NCBI GenBank assembly: GCA_965223905.1
Contig: CBDCXV010000011.1
Location: forward strand, 1,504,001-1,568,000
DNA from: Candidatus Latescibacterota bacterium
GTDB taxonomy: Bacteria; Latescibacterota; UBA2968; UBA8231
DNA length: 64,000 bases
Reading direction: 5' to 3'
In this document: positions 17,787 through 27,697 of the stretch, piece by piece
How the letters are laid out: each line of letters opens with the position of its first letter
Numbering within the stretch: position 1 is the stretch's first letter
Notes under the pieces: model-generated
Databases searched by the model: none
Seen by the model: only the letters and a program-made list of their open reading frames with translations
What the model was told of the DNA's origin: nothing
Translations under genes and position numbers: made by a program

Positions 17787-18971
17787 ATGGAATGGCGCGA
17801 TATCGCCAGGCGCATCGAGGCGGGTGAGGACGGGAAGACCGAATTCAAACGCGGCCTCGCTGAGCTTTCCGCAATCGGCCGGGCGGTCTGCGCCTTCGCC
17901 AACGCCGAAGGCGGGCTGATCGTCCTCGGGGTCGACGACCGCGGTGCTATCGTCGGGGTGAGAGAGGACCCGGATTCAGCGCAGGAACGGCTGACCGGCT
18001 TTCTCCACTCGGGATGCAGCGCCCCGGTTCCCGGACGCTGCGGGCGGCACCACCATGCGAACGGATGGGTGCATTGGATCGAGGTCCCCCGCCAGCGGGG
18101 GTTCGAGCCGCTTCACCATCGGGGGCGCGTCTGGATCAGGCGCGGACGCAGCAGCGTCGAGCCGTCGCCGACCGAGCTCCAGGAGTTGTACAACACCTTC
18201 GGCTTCGTTCTGACGGAAGAGCAGGTCATTCCCTCGGCGAGCATCGAGGACATCGACGCCGGAGCCTTCCGTTCCTTCCTGGGCGCCCAGGGCCTGGACA
18301 CCGAAGAACAACCGCAGCCGGCCATCGCCGACGATCTGCGCAACCGGCGCATTCTCGCCGAGTTCGACGGGGCCTTGCGCCCTACGCTCTACGGATTGAT
18401 GGCCTTCGGCAAGGAACCGCAGGCCCACCCCCAGACCGCGAGTTTCTTCGTCCAGTGCACCGCCTATATCGCCGAGGACCGGGCTTCGGAGGTCATTCTC
18501 GCGGGAGAGGGAAAGGGCCGTCTCGACGAGCAGATACGCCGGGCCGCCGGATGGGTTCGGGGGCTGGGATGGACCGAGCGCTACCACGGCCTCGAACGAG
18601 AGGACAGGCCGCTGGTCCCCGAAAAGGCGTTGCGCGAGGCAATCGTCAACGCCGTCGTCCACCGCGATTACGCGATTACCGGATCGAAGGTCCTGCTCGA
18701 GGTATTCCGGAACCGCATCGACGTGACCAGCCCGGGCACCCTCCCGAACCACATGAGGGTCGAGAACGTCCGCTCGGGCGGAAACCCCAGGTCGCGAAAC
18801 GAGCTGATGGCGAACGCCGTCCTCGTCGCCCGCCTGATGGAGCAACGGGGACGGGGATGGCCGGTGATGCGGCAAGCGATGCGGGAGTTCAACGGCACCG
18901 AGCCGGAGCTCGTGCAGGACGAGGGCGGGAAGTTCGTGCGGGTTACGTTCCGTTTACGGGCGGAAAGGTAG
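17787..18971 (+). CDS. Schlafen/AlbA_2 DNA-binding domain + HATPase_c_4 (RecG C-terminal-like) protein
   Basis: GEDGKTEFKR, CAFANAEGGLIVLGVDDRG, ALREAIVNAVVHRDY, SPGTLP, SRNELMA, EQRGRG. Confidence 0.9.
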   Translation: MEWRDIARRIEAGEDGKTEFKRGLAELSAIGRAVCAFANAEGGLIVLGVDDRGAIVGVREDPDSAQERLTGFLHSGCSAPVPGRCGRHHHANGWVHWIEVPRQRGFEPLHHRGRVWIRRGRSSVEPSPTELQELYNTFGFVLTEEQVIPSASIEDIDAGAFRSFLGAQGLDTEEQPQPAIADDLRNRRILAEFDGALRPTLYGLMAFGKEPQAHPQTASFFVQCTAYIAEDRASEVILAGEGKGRLDEQIRRAAGWVRGLGWTERYHGLEREDRPLVPEKALREAIVNAVVHRDYAITGSKVLLEVFRNRIDVTSPGTLPNHMRVENVRSGGNPRSRNELMANAVLVARLMEQRGRGWPVMRQAMREFNGTEPELVQDEGGKFVRVTFRLRAER

Positions 18972-18982
18972 GGGTGCCAGCC

Positions 18983-21133
18983 GTGGTTGAACTGCGGCCC
19001 TACCAGAGTGATCTGCTGCAGAAGGTCCAGGCCGCTCTGGCCACCGACGAAAAAGCGCGGGTGATGATGCAATTGCCCACCGGCGGCGGCAAGACCATCA
19101 TCGCCGGGGAACTGCTGCACTCCTGGCTCACAGGCGGGCGCAAGGCGGTTTGGCTGACCCATCGCAAGGAACTTTCCGAGCAGACATGCGGGATGCTGAC
19201 CGAGGCCCGGATTCCGGCAATGACCGACGTGAAATGGACGCCCGGAACCGATGCCCCGGCTATGAGTCATGGCGCCGTCATCCTGATGGCTCAGACAGTG
19301 GGCAGGCGAACCTCCAGGAGGGAAGTTTGGAACAGGTATAACGCCAACGACCTGATGGTGATTGACGAAGCCCACCACGCTGCGGCGGAAGGTTGGGAGC
19401 GGGCAATGCAGCAATGGCCGGGCCGCATTGTAGGTATGACTGCCACACCATGGCGGTTGTCGAAAAAAGAGGGATTCGACCACCTGTTTAGCGGGTTGTG
19501 CTGCGGACCTCAGGTCGCTGAATTGCAGGGAGACGATTGGCTGTGCGGTTCCCAGACCCTGTTGCCTCCCTTGGAGCGAAGGATCATCGGCGGCGAGTTG
19601 GACCGCACCGGAGATTTCACTGAAGCGGGAATTGAACGGACAAATCACCACAGTGTGATGACCGCGGGCGTGTGGGAATTCTGGAAAAAGCATGCCGGCG
19701 GCCGGCCAACCATCGCCTACGCCGTTTCAGTGGACCACGCTCATAACCTGACCGCCGTATTCAACAAAGACGGCATCTCCTCGGCCTCGATTCTCGGCGA
19801 TACCAACAGCGAAGACAGAAACAAAGCGATAGCCGGTTTCAGGGATGGTACGATCAAAGTGCTGGTCACGTCATCGTCGCAACCGAGGGGTTTGACCTGC
19901 CCGATGCATCCTGCATCGTAATTGCCCGCCCTACGATGAGCCTTGCCCTGTACTTGCAGATGGTAGGCCGGGGATTGCGCCCGAAAGATGACACCTGTCT
20001 GATCCTGGATTTGGCTGCCAATTCAGTAACCCACGGATTGCCCGAGGATTACCGGGAATGGTCTTTGAAGCCGCGTGCAGAGGATTCGCCTGGTGAGGCA
20101 CCGGTGGTCTGGTGTCCGGAATGCGAAAGCGTATCCCCTGCTGCCAGTCATTGTTGCCCGAACTGCGGATACGCTTTCGGTAAAGACTGCGGACGTTGCG
20201 GCAAATGGCGGGCATGGAAACGATGGGAATTTGAAAACCACTGCGGGGACGCCCACGAGTTGGTGTGCGACCTGTGCCACATTGATGCCCATATACAGGC
20301 GCATTTACCCGTTATCCCACCACTTGACGAGTTGGTTGGCCTTGAGGACATGGAGGACGGCCCTATGAATCCCCCTGACGACGACCTTGCCATCCGGCTG
20401 TCTGCTCTGCTGAAAGAGCTGTTGGAAGCTGAGCGGCTTAGCGTTACTGGTGCCAACAAGGATCGTCGACTCGAACTGCTTGAGAAGATTGAGCGGCGGG
20501 AAGCGGAATTGACAGATGATGACGAATTGGATGCACTGTTCGGAACATATATAGCTGACCTGCCAGAAACGAAGAGACCGAAGAGCCGAGTACAGGAACG
20601 CCGCATTTTCAACCGTTGGGAAGAGACCCTCAAGTCGGAACTGACGGACTGGAAAAAAAGACTCACAAACCTGGAGAGTCAGCCGATTGACAAGCAGGCA
20701 ATATTCACCACCGCATGCCAAAAAACCATGCACCTGTTGCGGCGTGAAGCACATGCCGCCGGCCTACTGCCACCAGAAGGAAGATCAGAACCATCAGACC
20801 AGGATGGGGACAGTAGAAAATGGAGGGACAATAACTCCTCAGCCTCCAAGGCCTACTGGGCCTAAAGGGAATGAGGCCCTGAAAGATTATCTGATACCAG
20901 TTATCCGACTGATGAGAGATGGAAAACGCTACGCCGAGGCTTGCAGGTTAGTAGCTGCAAATCTGAAAGTCACCACGAACACCGTTCGCGATCGAACAAC
21001 GCGGGGTTTGGGAATCAATACTCAAAATTTTAATGAGTATGTCGAGAATGGTCGGATTATTAGGTTATTGAAAAATATATATCCCCAGCATATTGAATTA
21101 ATAAAGTCTGAATTGGAGCCTTTGTATTGTTGA
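18983..21133 (+). pseudogene. SF2 DEAD/DEAH helicase (RadD/YejH-like) with Zn ribbons, frameshifted
   Basis: LRPYQ, PTGGGKT, DEAHH, TATPWR. A 1-nt deletion at ~19868 splits VLV(N)VIVATEGFDLP...YLQMVGRGLR. The second piece ends at 20865. A further piece in another frame (~20805-21133) is either a second frameshift or a separate small ORF. Confidence 0.8.
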
Positions 21134-21138
21134 AAAGC

Positions 21139-22038
21139 ATGTTCAGAATTCGCCCAGACGACGCTGAGAGAAGGGCCCAGGCCTTCGGCGGCAGCCGCCT
21201 CGAGGAGATCCTGGAGGCGATGGACCGGGACGGCCTCGTCGTGCTCGAGGAGGTGGTGAACCCTGAGCACGTGGAAAGGCTGGCGGTGCGGATGCGGGCG
21301 GACATGGACGAGGTGAGGGGGCGGCGCCCGATCGGCGAGGAGTCGTCGAACGAGAGCCTGCCTCCGCCGTTGAACCACCCCTGGCTGTTTCGCGACGTCT
21401 GCTTCAACGAGTTCGCGATTCAGGTCACCCACGCCGTGCTCGGGGACGGGCTCTACTGGAACTTCTACAGCTCCAACACCGTGCATCCCCGCGAAACCCG
21501 GAAGCAGAACATCCATCAGGACGCCAGGCCCCTGTTCGTCGGGGAGACCGACAAGCCGCTGCCCCCGCACAACCTCGTTATCAACATCCCCCTGACCGAC
21601 TTCACCGAGGCCAACGGCGCCACCGAGGTCTGGCTCGGCTCGCACAGGGAAACGCGCCGGCTCGAGGTCGGCGGGGGCGAGTACGAAGAGATGCTCGCCG
21701 AGCACCGGAAGCGGGACCTGATCGTACAGGCCACCGCGAAGAAAGGCTCGCTGATCATCCGCGACATGCGCCTCTACCACGGCGGCATGCCCAACCGCAC
21801 CGGCGAGCTGCGGCAGATGATCGCCATGGTCTACAACCGCTACTTCTACCGCGTGCTCTGCTGGATGCCGTTCGCCAGGGGCATGGCAGATTTCTTCCGG
21901 CACCCGGTCCTGCAAGCGCTGTGCACCTTCTTCGATGCGGAAGAGCTGGGCACGGACTACGTCTACGAGCGGCAGAAGAAGGGGCTCCCCGAGCTGTCGC
22001 AGGTGCCGGGAGTCGTCTGCGGCGGGACCCGGGCCTGA
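21139..22038 (+). CDS. PhyH-family Fe(II)/2OG dioxygenase
   Basis: DGLVVLEEV, IHQD, NIPLTDFTEANGATEVWLGSH, RDMRLYHGGMPN. Confidence 0.9.
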   Translation: MFRIRPDDAERRAQAFGGSRLEEILEAMDRDGLVVLEEVVNPEHVERLAVRMRADMDEVRGRRPIGEESSNESLPPPLNHPWLFRDVCFNEFAIQVTHAVLGDGLYWNFYSSNTVHPRETRKQNIHQDARPLFVGETDKPLPPHNLVINIPLTDFTEANGATEVWLGSHRETRRLEVGGGEYEEMLAEHRKRDLIVQATAKKGSLIIRDMRLYHGGMPNRTGELRQMIAMVYNRYFYRVLCWMPFARGMADFFRHPVLQALCTFFDAEELGTDYVYERQKKGLPELSQVPGVVCGGTRA

Positions 22039-22216
22039 AGCGAGCGACCGTTCCGAAGGAGCAAGCGAGGCCATTGCTACAGGGTTCAATTGCGTCACCT
22101 TCATATCCATTTCCGGGTACGTAAACGGCGCCGACACCATGCGAAGTCGGGCGACATTTTGCGCACCGAACCGAGATACGATACGATACTTCGAGTTTGA
22201 ATCAGGAGTACCGGCT

Positions 22217-23422
22217 ATGGTCATCGAGCAAATTCACATCCAGAACTTCAAGGCGCTCAAAAACGTCGAGCTGAGGAACCTGCCCTCGCTGGCGGTTTTC
22301 GTCGGTCGGAACGGGACAGGGAAAACCACCTTGTTTCGCGTATTCTCGTTTTTGAAAAACTGTTTGGCGAACAACGTGCGTGTCGCCTTGCAAAACGAAG
22401 GCGGTTTCAACGGATTCAAGGAAGTGATTACCCGAGACACCGACACGTTAGATAGCATTGTCATCGAACTCAAGATTCGTATGTCAATAGCCGAAAGAGA
22501 GCGCTTGGTGACCTATCGCTTGGAAATCGGCCTGGAAGAGGGAGGCCCGATGGTTCGCCGCGAAATACTGCGCTACAAGCGTGCTTCTTATGGAGCGCCA
22601 TTTCACTTCATCGATTTTACCGGTGGCAAAGGCGCTGCGGTCAACAACGAAGAGGATTTCAGTAAACCCGACAAGGAGCTGACCAGGGAACAACAGGCGG
22701 TTGATCCGGACGTGCTGGCCATCAGCAGTCTCGGACAACTGGAGCGCTTCAAGGCCGCAAGGGCATTTCGGGATCTGATAGAGAACTGGCATATTTCGGA
22801 TTTCCATATCAACGACGCGCGCGGCAGGAAAAGCCTCGAGCCGGGCTTTCATCTTTCCAGTTCCGGAGACAATCTGCCTTCGGTGGCCCATCATCTCAAG
22901 GAAAGTTATCCCAATATTTTTGCAGAAGTACTGGAAAAGATGCGCCAGAGAGTCCCCGGCATCTCTCGTATCGAAGCCAAAACCGCGGAGGATGGAAGCT
23001 TGCTGATTCGCTACGCCGACGGGGCTTTCAAGGATCCCTTTCTCGATTTCAACGTTTCAGACGGCACCATAAAGATGTTCGCCTATCTCCTGCTGCTACA
23101 TGACCCTGAGCCTCACAAAATCCTCTGTGTCGAGCAACCAGAAAACCAATTGTACCCAAGGCTGATGAATATCCTTGCAGAAGAATTTGAGGAATATGCT
23201 CGCAGAGGAGGTCAGGTGTTTGTCTCCACACATTCACCACAATTTCTCAACGCCATACCGGTGGAGAGCCTGTTCTTCATTGGAAAACATGAAGGCGTGT
23301 CGAAAATCCTGCCTTTTTCCTCGGACCCGCTAGTCAGCGAACAGCTTATGGCGGGGGACAAGGCGGGTTACCTGTGGGAACAAGGAATGCTGAAGGGGTT
23401 CGCTGAAAGAGCCGCACAATGA
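22217..23422 (+). CDS. ABC-type AAA ATPase (AAA_21/AbiEii-like) with Walker B E-to-Q change
   Basis: IQNFKAL, GRNGTGKT, VSDGT, LCVEQPENQLYP, STHSP. AGGAG RBS. Confidence 0.88.
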   Translation: MVIEQIHIQNFKALKNVELRNLPSLAVFVGRNGTGKTTLFRVFSFLKNCLANNVRVALQNEGGFNGFKEVITRDTDTLDSIVIELKIRMSIAERERLVTYRLEIGLEEGGPMVRREILRYKRASYGAPFHFIDFTGGKGAAVNNEEDFSKPDKELTREQQAVDPDVLAISSLGQLERFKAARAFRDLIENWHISDFHINDARGRKSLEPGFHLSSSGDNLPSVAHHLKESYPNIFAEVLEKMRQRVPGISRIEAKTAEDGSLLIRYADGAFKDPFLDFNVSDGTIKMFAYLLLLHDPEPHKILCVEQPENQLYPRLMNILAEEFEEYARRGGQVFVSTHSPQFLNAIPVESLFFIGKHEGVSKILPFSSDPLVSEQLMAGDKAGYLWEQGMLKGFAERAAQ

Positions 23423-23968
23423 TCGTTCTCCTTACTGAGGAACCCTCCATGGAAGAATACTTGGAAATAATCGTTTCGGAGTTGTGGCCCAATTCCATTC
23501 CCGGGGTGGACTAGTTGGTTCTGTCCTTTCAGGGAAAAAGAGACCTCGAACAGTCAATTCCCAAAAAAATGAAGGGATGGGAACTATGGATGTCCGAACT
23601 TTATTATCTTGAGGGACAATGATGGCGGTGATTGTTTCGCGATCAAGCAAAAATTATGTGCTATAGCGGAACAATCTGATAAACCTTTTCACGTGGGAAT
23701 TGTATGCCAGCAGTTGGAGAGCTGGCTGCTTGGCGACCTGCAGGCCATCAAGCAAGCCTATCCGAAGGCGCCCATTAAAGACAAGGCGAAGTTCCGGGAC
23801 CCTGACCGGTTGACGAACGCCTCGCAGGAATTGGCGAACTTGATCAATGTCCGGGCAAAGATCGAACGGGCAAAGAACATCGGCAGGCATCTCAATTTTA
23901 AGGAAAACCGCTCCCGCAGCTTTCACGTATTTATAAACACCTTTACACAATTGGTCCACTCTGCTTGA
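23419..23968 (+). pseudogene. DUF4276 (TOPRIM-like) partner of the ATPase, disrupted
   Basis: ATGA coupling. MIVLLTEEPSM, FQGKRDLEQSIP, LRDNDGGDC, QLESWLLGD, SRSFHVF. In-frame TAG at 23512-23514 and a +1 frameshift at ~23578. Confidence 0.82.
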
Positions 23969-24058
23969 CAACCTGATAGCGCTCAATTCTTCGTTTCCGG
24001 TCCCGGCAAACCCTGCCAGCCAAGCAAAGGGGAAGTCAACAACTATTCATCCTCATGT

Positions 24059-25651
24059 CTAAGCCGACAGCCGGTCGAGGATATTGCGCGTGATGCGGTC
24101 CACCGCGGGATCGCCCCCCTTCAGCCCCATGCACCAGTCGGTGCACCCGGTCGTCACCACGGTTCCCCCGCGGCTGAAGGCGCCCAGGACCGCGGCCCCC
24201 TCAGTCAGCCGCCGCCCGCCGCCGGGGCCGTAAATCGCTTCCGAGGCCATGGCGATCGAGTCGTCGGCGTCGCTGAGGGAAGCCGGCGCGGTGGCGAGGA
24301 TCTCGAAGCTGTCCGGGGTGCCGTCGCGGCAGGTCGGGACCGGCAGGCCGCCGGCCAGCTCGAACTCGCAGCCGTCGCACTCGTAGCTGACGATCCGGTC
24401 CTTCTCCCCGAGCAGGTCCCCCTGTTTGAGCCCGGTCCCGGCGAACAGCCAGTGGCCGGGGCGGTGGACGGTGTAGGCCCCGGTCTGGGGGGTTCCTGAA
24501 AAGAAGCCGTGGTACCCGCCGTAGGCGAAGCTGACCCCGGTGAGCCGGTTCTCGGGGCGGCCGATGAGGCGATGGCACCAGAGGGTCGACAGGGTGGCGT
24601 GGTCCCCGGAGGCGAAGTGCGGATCCCTTTCGATCTCCTCCTTCCAGCAGACCAGGGCGCGGCCTTCCTCCTCGCTGCGCACCTGCCACCAGCTGACGTT
24701 GCCGCTGAAGAAGGCGGCGTTGCCGCCGGCGCCGACGAACCCCTCCAGGCTGTCCCGCATCGGCGCCGACCAGTACTCGTCGTGCCCGACCGACAGCACC
24801 AGCCGGTACTCTTCCAGCAGCTCGGGTGTGCTCTCGAGGTCGCCGTTCACCGCGTAGTCGATGGCGTACCCGGCCGCCTCGGCCCAGGCGACGAAGTGCC
24901 GCTCCCAGCGATGCCAGCAGCTCAGCCAGGTCGAAAAGCCGTCGAGTACAAAAAGCTCGTCCTCCAGGTTCTCCACCGTCGACAGGAAGCCGACGTCGAG
25001 GATGTGCCAGCGCTCTCCGGGGCGCTCGACGTGCACCCTGGCCCAGGGGGAAACCGGAACCCCTCCCGCGGCCAGCGATTCGGCCAGGGCCTCCGAAACG
25101 ATCCCCCGGTCGAGGTCCGCGGCGAACTCCACGCTCACCGGGAACAGGAACCGTTCCTTGCCGGGAAACCCGGCGAAAGGCCGCTCGAAGGAGAGCCTGC
25201 GCGCAGGCCCCTGCGGGCCGTTGTAGAAGGTGGAGCCGCCAAAGGAGTTGTAGGCGGCTTCCGTGTTGGTCGGCCGCTGCAGCAGGATCGCGGCGTCGCG
25301 CCCGGGATGGGCGGAGCGCACGACAAAGGCCGCCTCCCCGCCCACCCCGAAGCCGGCCTCGTCCTCTCCCCGCAGCAGGGCGCTGTAGTACCCGGACGGC
25401 CAGTCATCGGCTACCGGAACGGCGAACGACACCGGCCAGCCGCAGCCCCTCTCCGAGGCGTCCGCGGGCACGGGATGCTCCCTGCCGGGAAGGCCCCAGC
25501 GCCTCCAGACCACCTCCCGGGTCGCCCCGATACGGGCGATCTCCACGCCGTAGAAAGGCAGATCGGTGGAGACGCAGAAGCCGATCTCGCCCCCCTGCGG
25601 CACGCTGAGCCGGTCGGTGTAGGCGTGGATGAAGGGGTCCTGTGCGGTCAT
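24059..25651 (-). CDS. N,N-dimethylformamidase beta-subunit family protein
   Basis: AYTDRLSV, GCGW, NTEAAYNSFGG, LSFERP, LSVGHDEYWS, FFSGN, YECDG, GTVVTTGCTDW. Confidence 0.85.
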   Translation of the reverse strand: MTAQDPFIHAYTDRLSVPQGGEIGFCVSTDLPFYGVEIARIGATREVVWRRWGLPGREHPVPADASERGCGWPVSFAVPVADDWPSGYYSALLRGEDEAGFGVGGEAAFVVRSAHPGRDAAILLQRPTNTEAAYNSFGGSTFYNGPQGPARRLSFERPFAGFPGKERFLFPVSVEFAADLDRGIVSEALAESLAAGGVPVSPWARVHVERPGERWHILDVGFLSTVENLEDELFVLDGFSTWLSCWHRWERHFVAWAEAAGYAIDYAVNGDLESTPELLEEYRLVLSVGHDEYWSAPMRDSLEGFVGAGGNAAFFSGNVSWWQVRSEEEGRALVCWKEEIERDPHFASGDHATLSTLWCHRLIGRPENRLTGVSFAYGGYHGFFSGTPQTGAYTVHRPGHWLFAGTGLKQGDLLGEKDRIVSYECDGCEFELAGGLPVPTCRDGTPDSFEILATAPASLSDADDSIAMASEAIYGPGGGRRLTEGAAVLGAFSRGGTVVTTGCTDWCMGLKGGDPAVDRITRNILDRLSA

Positions 25652-26466
25652 GACGCGTCCCCTCCCTGGCGCGACAACCCGAGGTCCCGCACCCCCTGCA
25701 CGACCGCGGCGGCCCCCTCGCTGATGTGGCTGGTCGTATCGCCGAGGGCGAACCACTGCACCCCTTTGGCGAACCAGTCGCGGACGGTGCCGGGGTCGAA
25801 GCCGATGGAGGTGCGGACCAGCAGGCCGGAGGCGGAGGCCTTGGCGATCACGGTGTCGATCATCGCCGCGACCTCGGGGTCGTTGCGGTTTCCGTGCTTG
25901 CCAACCGACGCCGACAGGTCGCCCGGGCCGAGCACGATGCCGTGGACCCCGGGAGTCGCCAGGATGCCATCGAGATTGCGCACCGCCTCGACGTGCTCGA
26001 TCTGGAGAATGCAGAGCACCTGATCCCCGGCGGCGGCGACGTAGTCGCCCGCCGAATCGAAGTACATCATGTTGCGGACCGGGCCCCAGCCGCGCACCCC
26101 CTCGGGCGGATAGCGGAAGGCCCGCACCGCGGCCGCGGCCTCTTCGGCGGTGCAGACCATCGGCACGATAATCCCGGCCGGCGCCAGGTCGATGACGCGC
26201 TTGATGAGGACGGCGTCGTTCCAGCCGACGCGGACCAGGGCCGGCACCTGGGCGGCGCGCGCCGCCAGCAGGTGGGCGAGCACGGAGGGCAGGTCGAGGT
26301 GGGCGTGTTCGGTCTCGATCCAGAGGAAGTCGCTGCCGGCCTCGGCGGCGGCCTCGGAAGCGAGCGGATCGGTCAGCGTGATCTCGGTGCCGACCACCGG
26401 CCGGCCCTCGGCCACCGCCTCTCTGAAGCGCTCGACATGGTTGACGGATTTGCTTTGCTGTTCCAC
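25648..26466 (-). CDS. HpcH/HpaI class II pyruvate aldolase family
   Basis: WIETEH, LVRV, IIVPMV, RYPPEGVRG, QIEH, LGPGDLS. Start inferred at GTG 26466. Confidence 0.88.
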   Translation of the reverse strand: MEQQSKSVNHVERFREAVAEGRPVVGTEITLTDPLASEAAAEAGSDFLWIETEHAHLDLPSVLAHLLAARAAQVPALVRVGWNDAVLIKRVIDLAPAGIIVPMVCTAEEAAAAVRAFRYPPEGVRGWGPVRNMMYFDSAGDYVAAAGDQVLCILQIEHVEAVRNLDGILATPGVHGIVLGPGDLSASVGKHGNRNDPEVAAMIDTVIAKASASGLLVRTSIGFDPGTVRDWFAKGVQWFALGDTTSHISEGAAAVVQGVRDLGLSRQGGDAS

Positions 26467-26584
26467 AGGCACCTCGGCATTTCGGGCCGCCGGTCCGCCC
26501 TCCGGCGCTCCGGGGGCAGCCACGCTCGCGGCGGCCTCAGGGGGTTCTATGCTATCGCAGACGGGATTGCCACGGGGCCAACCC

Positions 26585-27697
26585 TCAACCCGCCAGCGGG
26601 TGAACGCGGTCCTGCAGCGGGATGGAAAGCCGCACACCTCCGGCGAGGTGGGAGGCATACACCCCCTGGACCATTTCGACGGTGTAGCGGACCGACCGGA
26701 TGCTCGACAGGGGCTCGCGGTCCCCGGCGATGGCCGCCATCAGATCGCGGGCCAGAATCCTGTTGCCGGCGTGCAGGAAGTTCTTCCCCTGCACCTCGGC
26801 GAAATGCGCCTCCTCGTGCCAGCCGGGAATCGTCAAACGCTCCCAGCCGAACCCGAGGTCCGGCAGCACCCGCGGCGCCGGATAGAGGAACACCTCCCCC
26901 GGCTGGCGCAGCTCGAGGCGGGCGCGCTCGCACTCGAGCGCCACCCCGAAGAGGTCGCCGATGCCGCGCTCGGGAGCGGCGAGGCCCGCGGTCGAGTCCC
27001 AGAAGCCGCGGGCGCCGTCGTCGAAGCCGAACATCGCCGAGATCGAGTCCCCGGCCATGAGACCGACCGAACCGTTGCGGGCGTCGCCGGCGGCCGCGTC
27101 CCGGTCCCCGACGGCCACGTGCCCGCTGACCCAGCGCGGCGGGCCGGCGAAGGCGATCATCAGGTCGAACATGTGGGTGCCGTGCAGAAGCAGCTCCTCG
27201 CCGCCGCCGCGGCTGTCGTCCTTGGGTCGGCCCCAGAGGCGCAGCAGGCGGCCGTGCTCCCCGGCGGCGACCTCGCGGATCGCCCGCTGCACCGGCGCCA
27301 TGGCCCGCCACTGGTGGGCGACCCCGACCTTGAGGTTGTCCGGCTCGACCGCGGCGAGGATGGCGTCGATTTCGGCGAGACTTCCCGCTGCCGGTTTCTC
27401 CAGGTAGATGTGGCAGCCCGCCCCGGCGGCCGCCTCGACCATCGGCACGCGCTCCCCGACCCACCCGGGGGCGATGACGCAGATGTCGGGCTTTTCGGCC
27501 TCCAGCATCCTGCGGTAGTCGGTGTAGAGCCGCGACACCCCGATCTTCTCCCCCGCGGCGGCCAATCCCTCGGGGTCGTGGTCCGCGGCGGCGACGACGC
27601 GCGCCTCCTCGAGACCGCGGAAGGCGAGGTCGAGGCCGTGGGCGAAGCCGCCGCGGCCGGTCGAGCCGATGACGGCGACGCGGTACCGGTCAGGCAA
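26585..27697 (-). CDS. Gfo/Idh/MocA oxidoreductase
   Basis: VAVIGSTGRGG, HIYLEKP, HQWR, HGTHMFD. TTG start overlaps the upstream stop. Confidence 0.88.
   Translation of the reverse strand: MPDRYRVAVIGSTGRGGFAHGLDLAFRGLEEARVVAAADHDPEGLAAAGEKIGVSRLYTDYRRMLEAEKPDICVIAPGWVGERVPMVEAAAGAGCHIYLEKPAAGSLAEIDAILAAVEPDNLKVGVAHQWRAMAPVQRAIREVAAGEHGRLLRLWGRPKDDSRGGGEELLLHGTHMFDLMIAFAGPPRWVSGHVAVGDRDAAAGDARNGSVGLMAGDSISAMFGFDDGARGFWDSTAGLAAPERGIGDLFGVALECERARLELRQPGEVFLYPAPRVLPDLGFGWERLTIPGWHEEAHFAEVQGKNFLHAGNRILARDLMAAIAGDREPLSSIRSVRYTVEMVQGVYASHLAGGVRLSIPLQDRVHPLAG

Noticed and set aside
21935-22216. Longer start for the AAA ATPase and a GATAC x3 microrepeat
   Set aside because: The family N-terminus and RBS point to ATG 22217. 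The microrepeat is too short to be meaningful.
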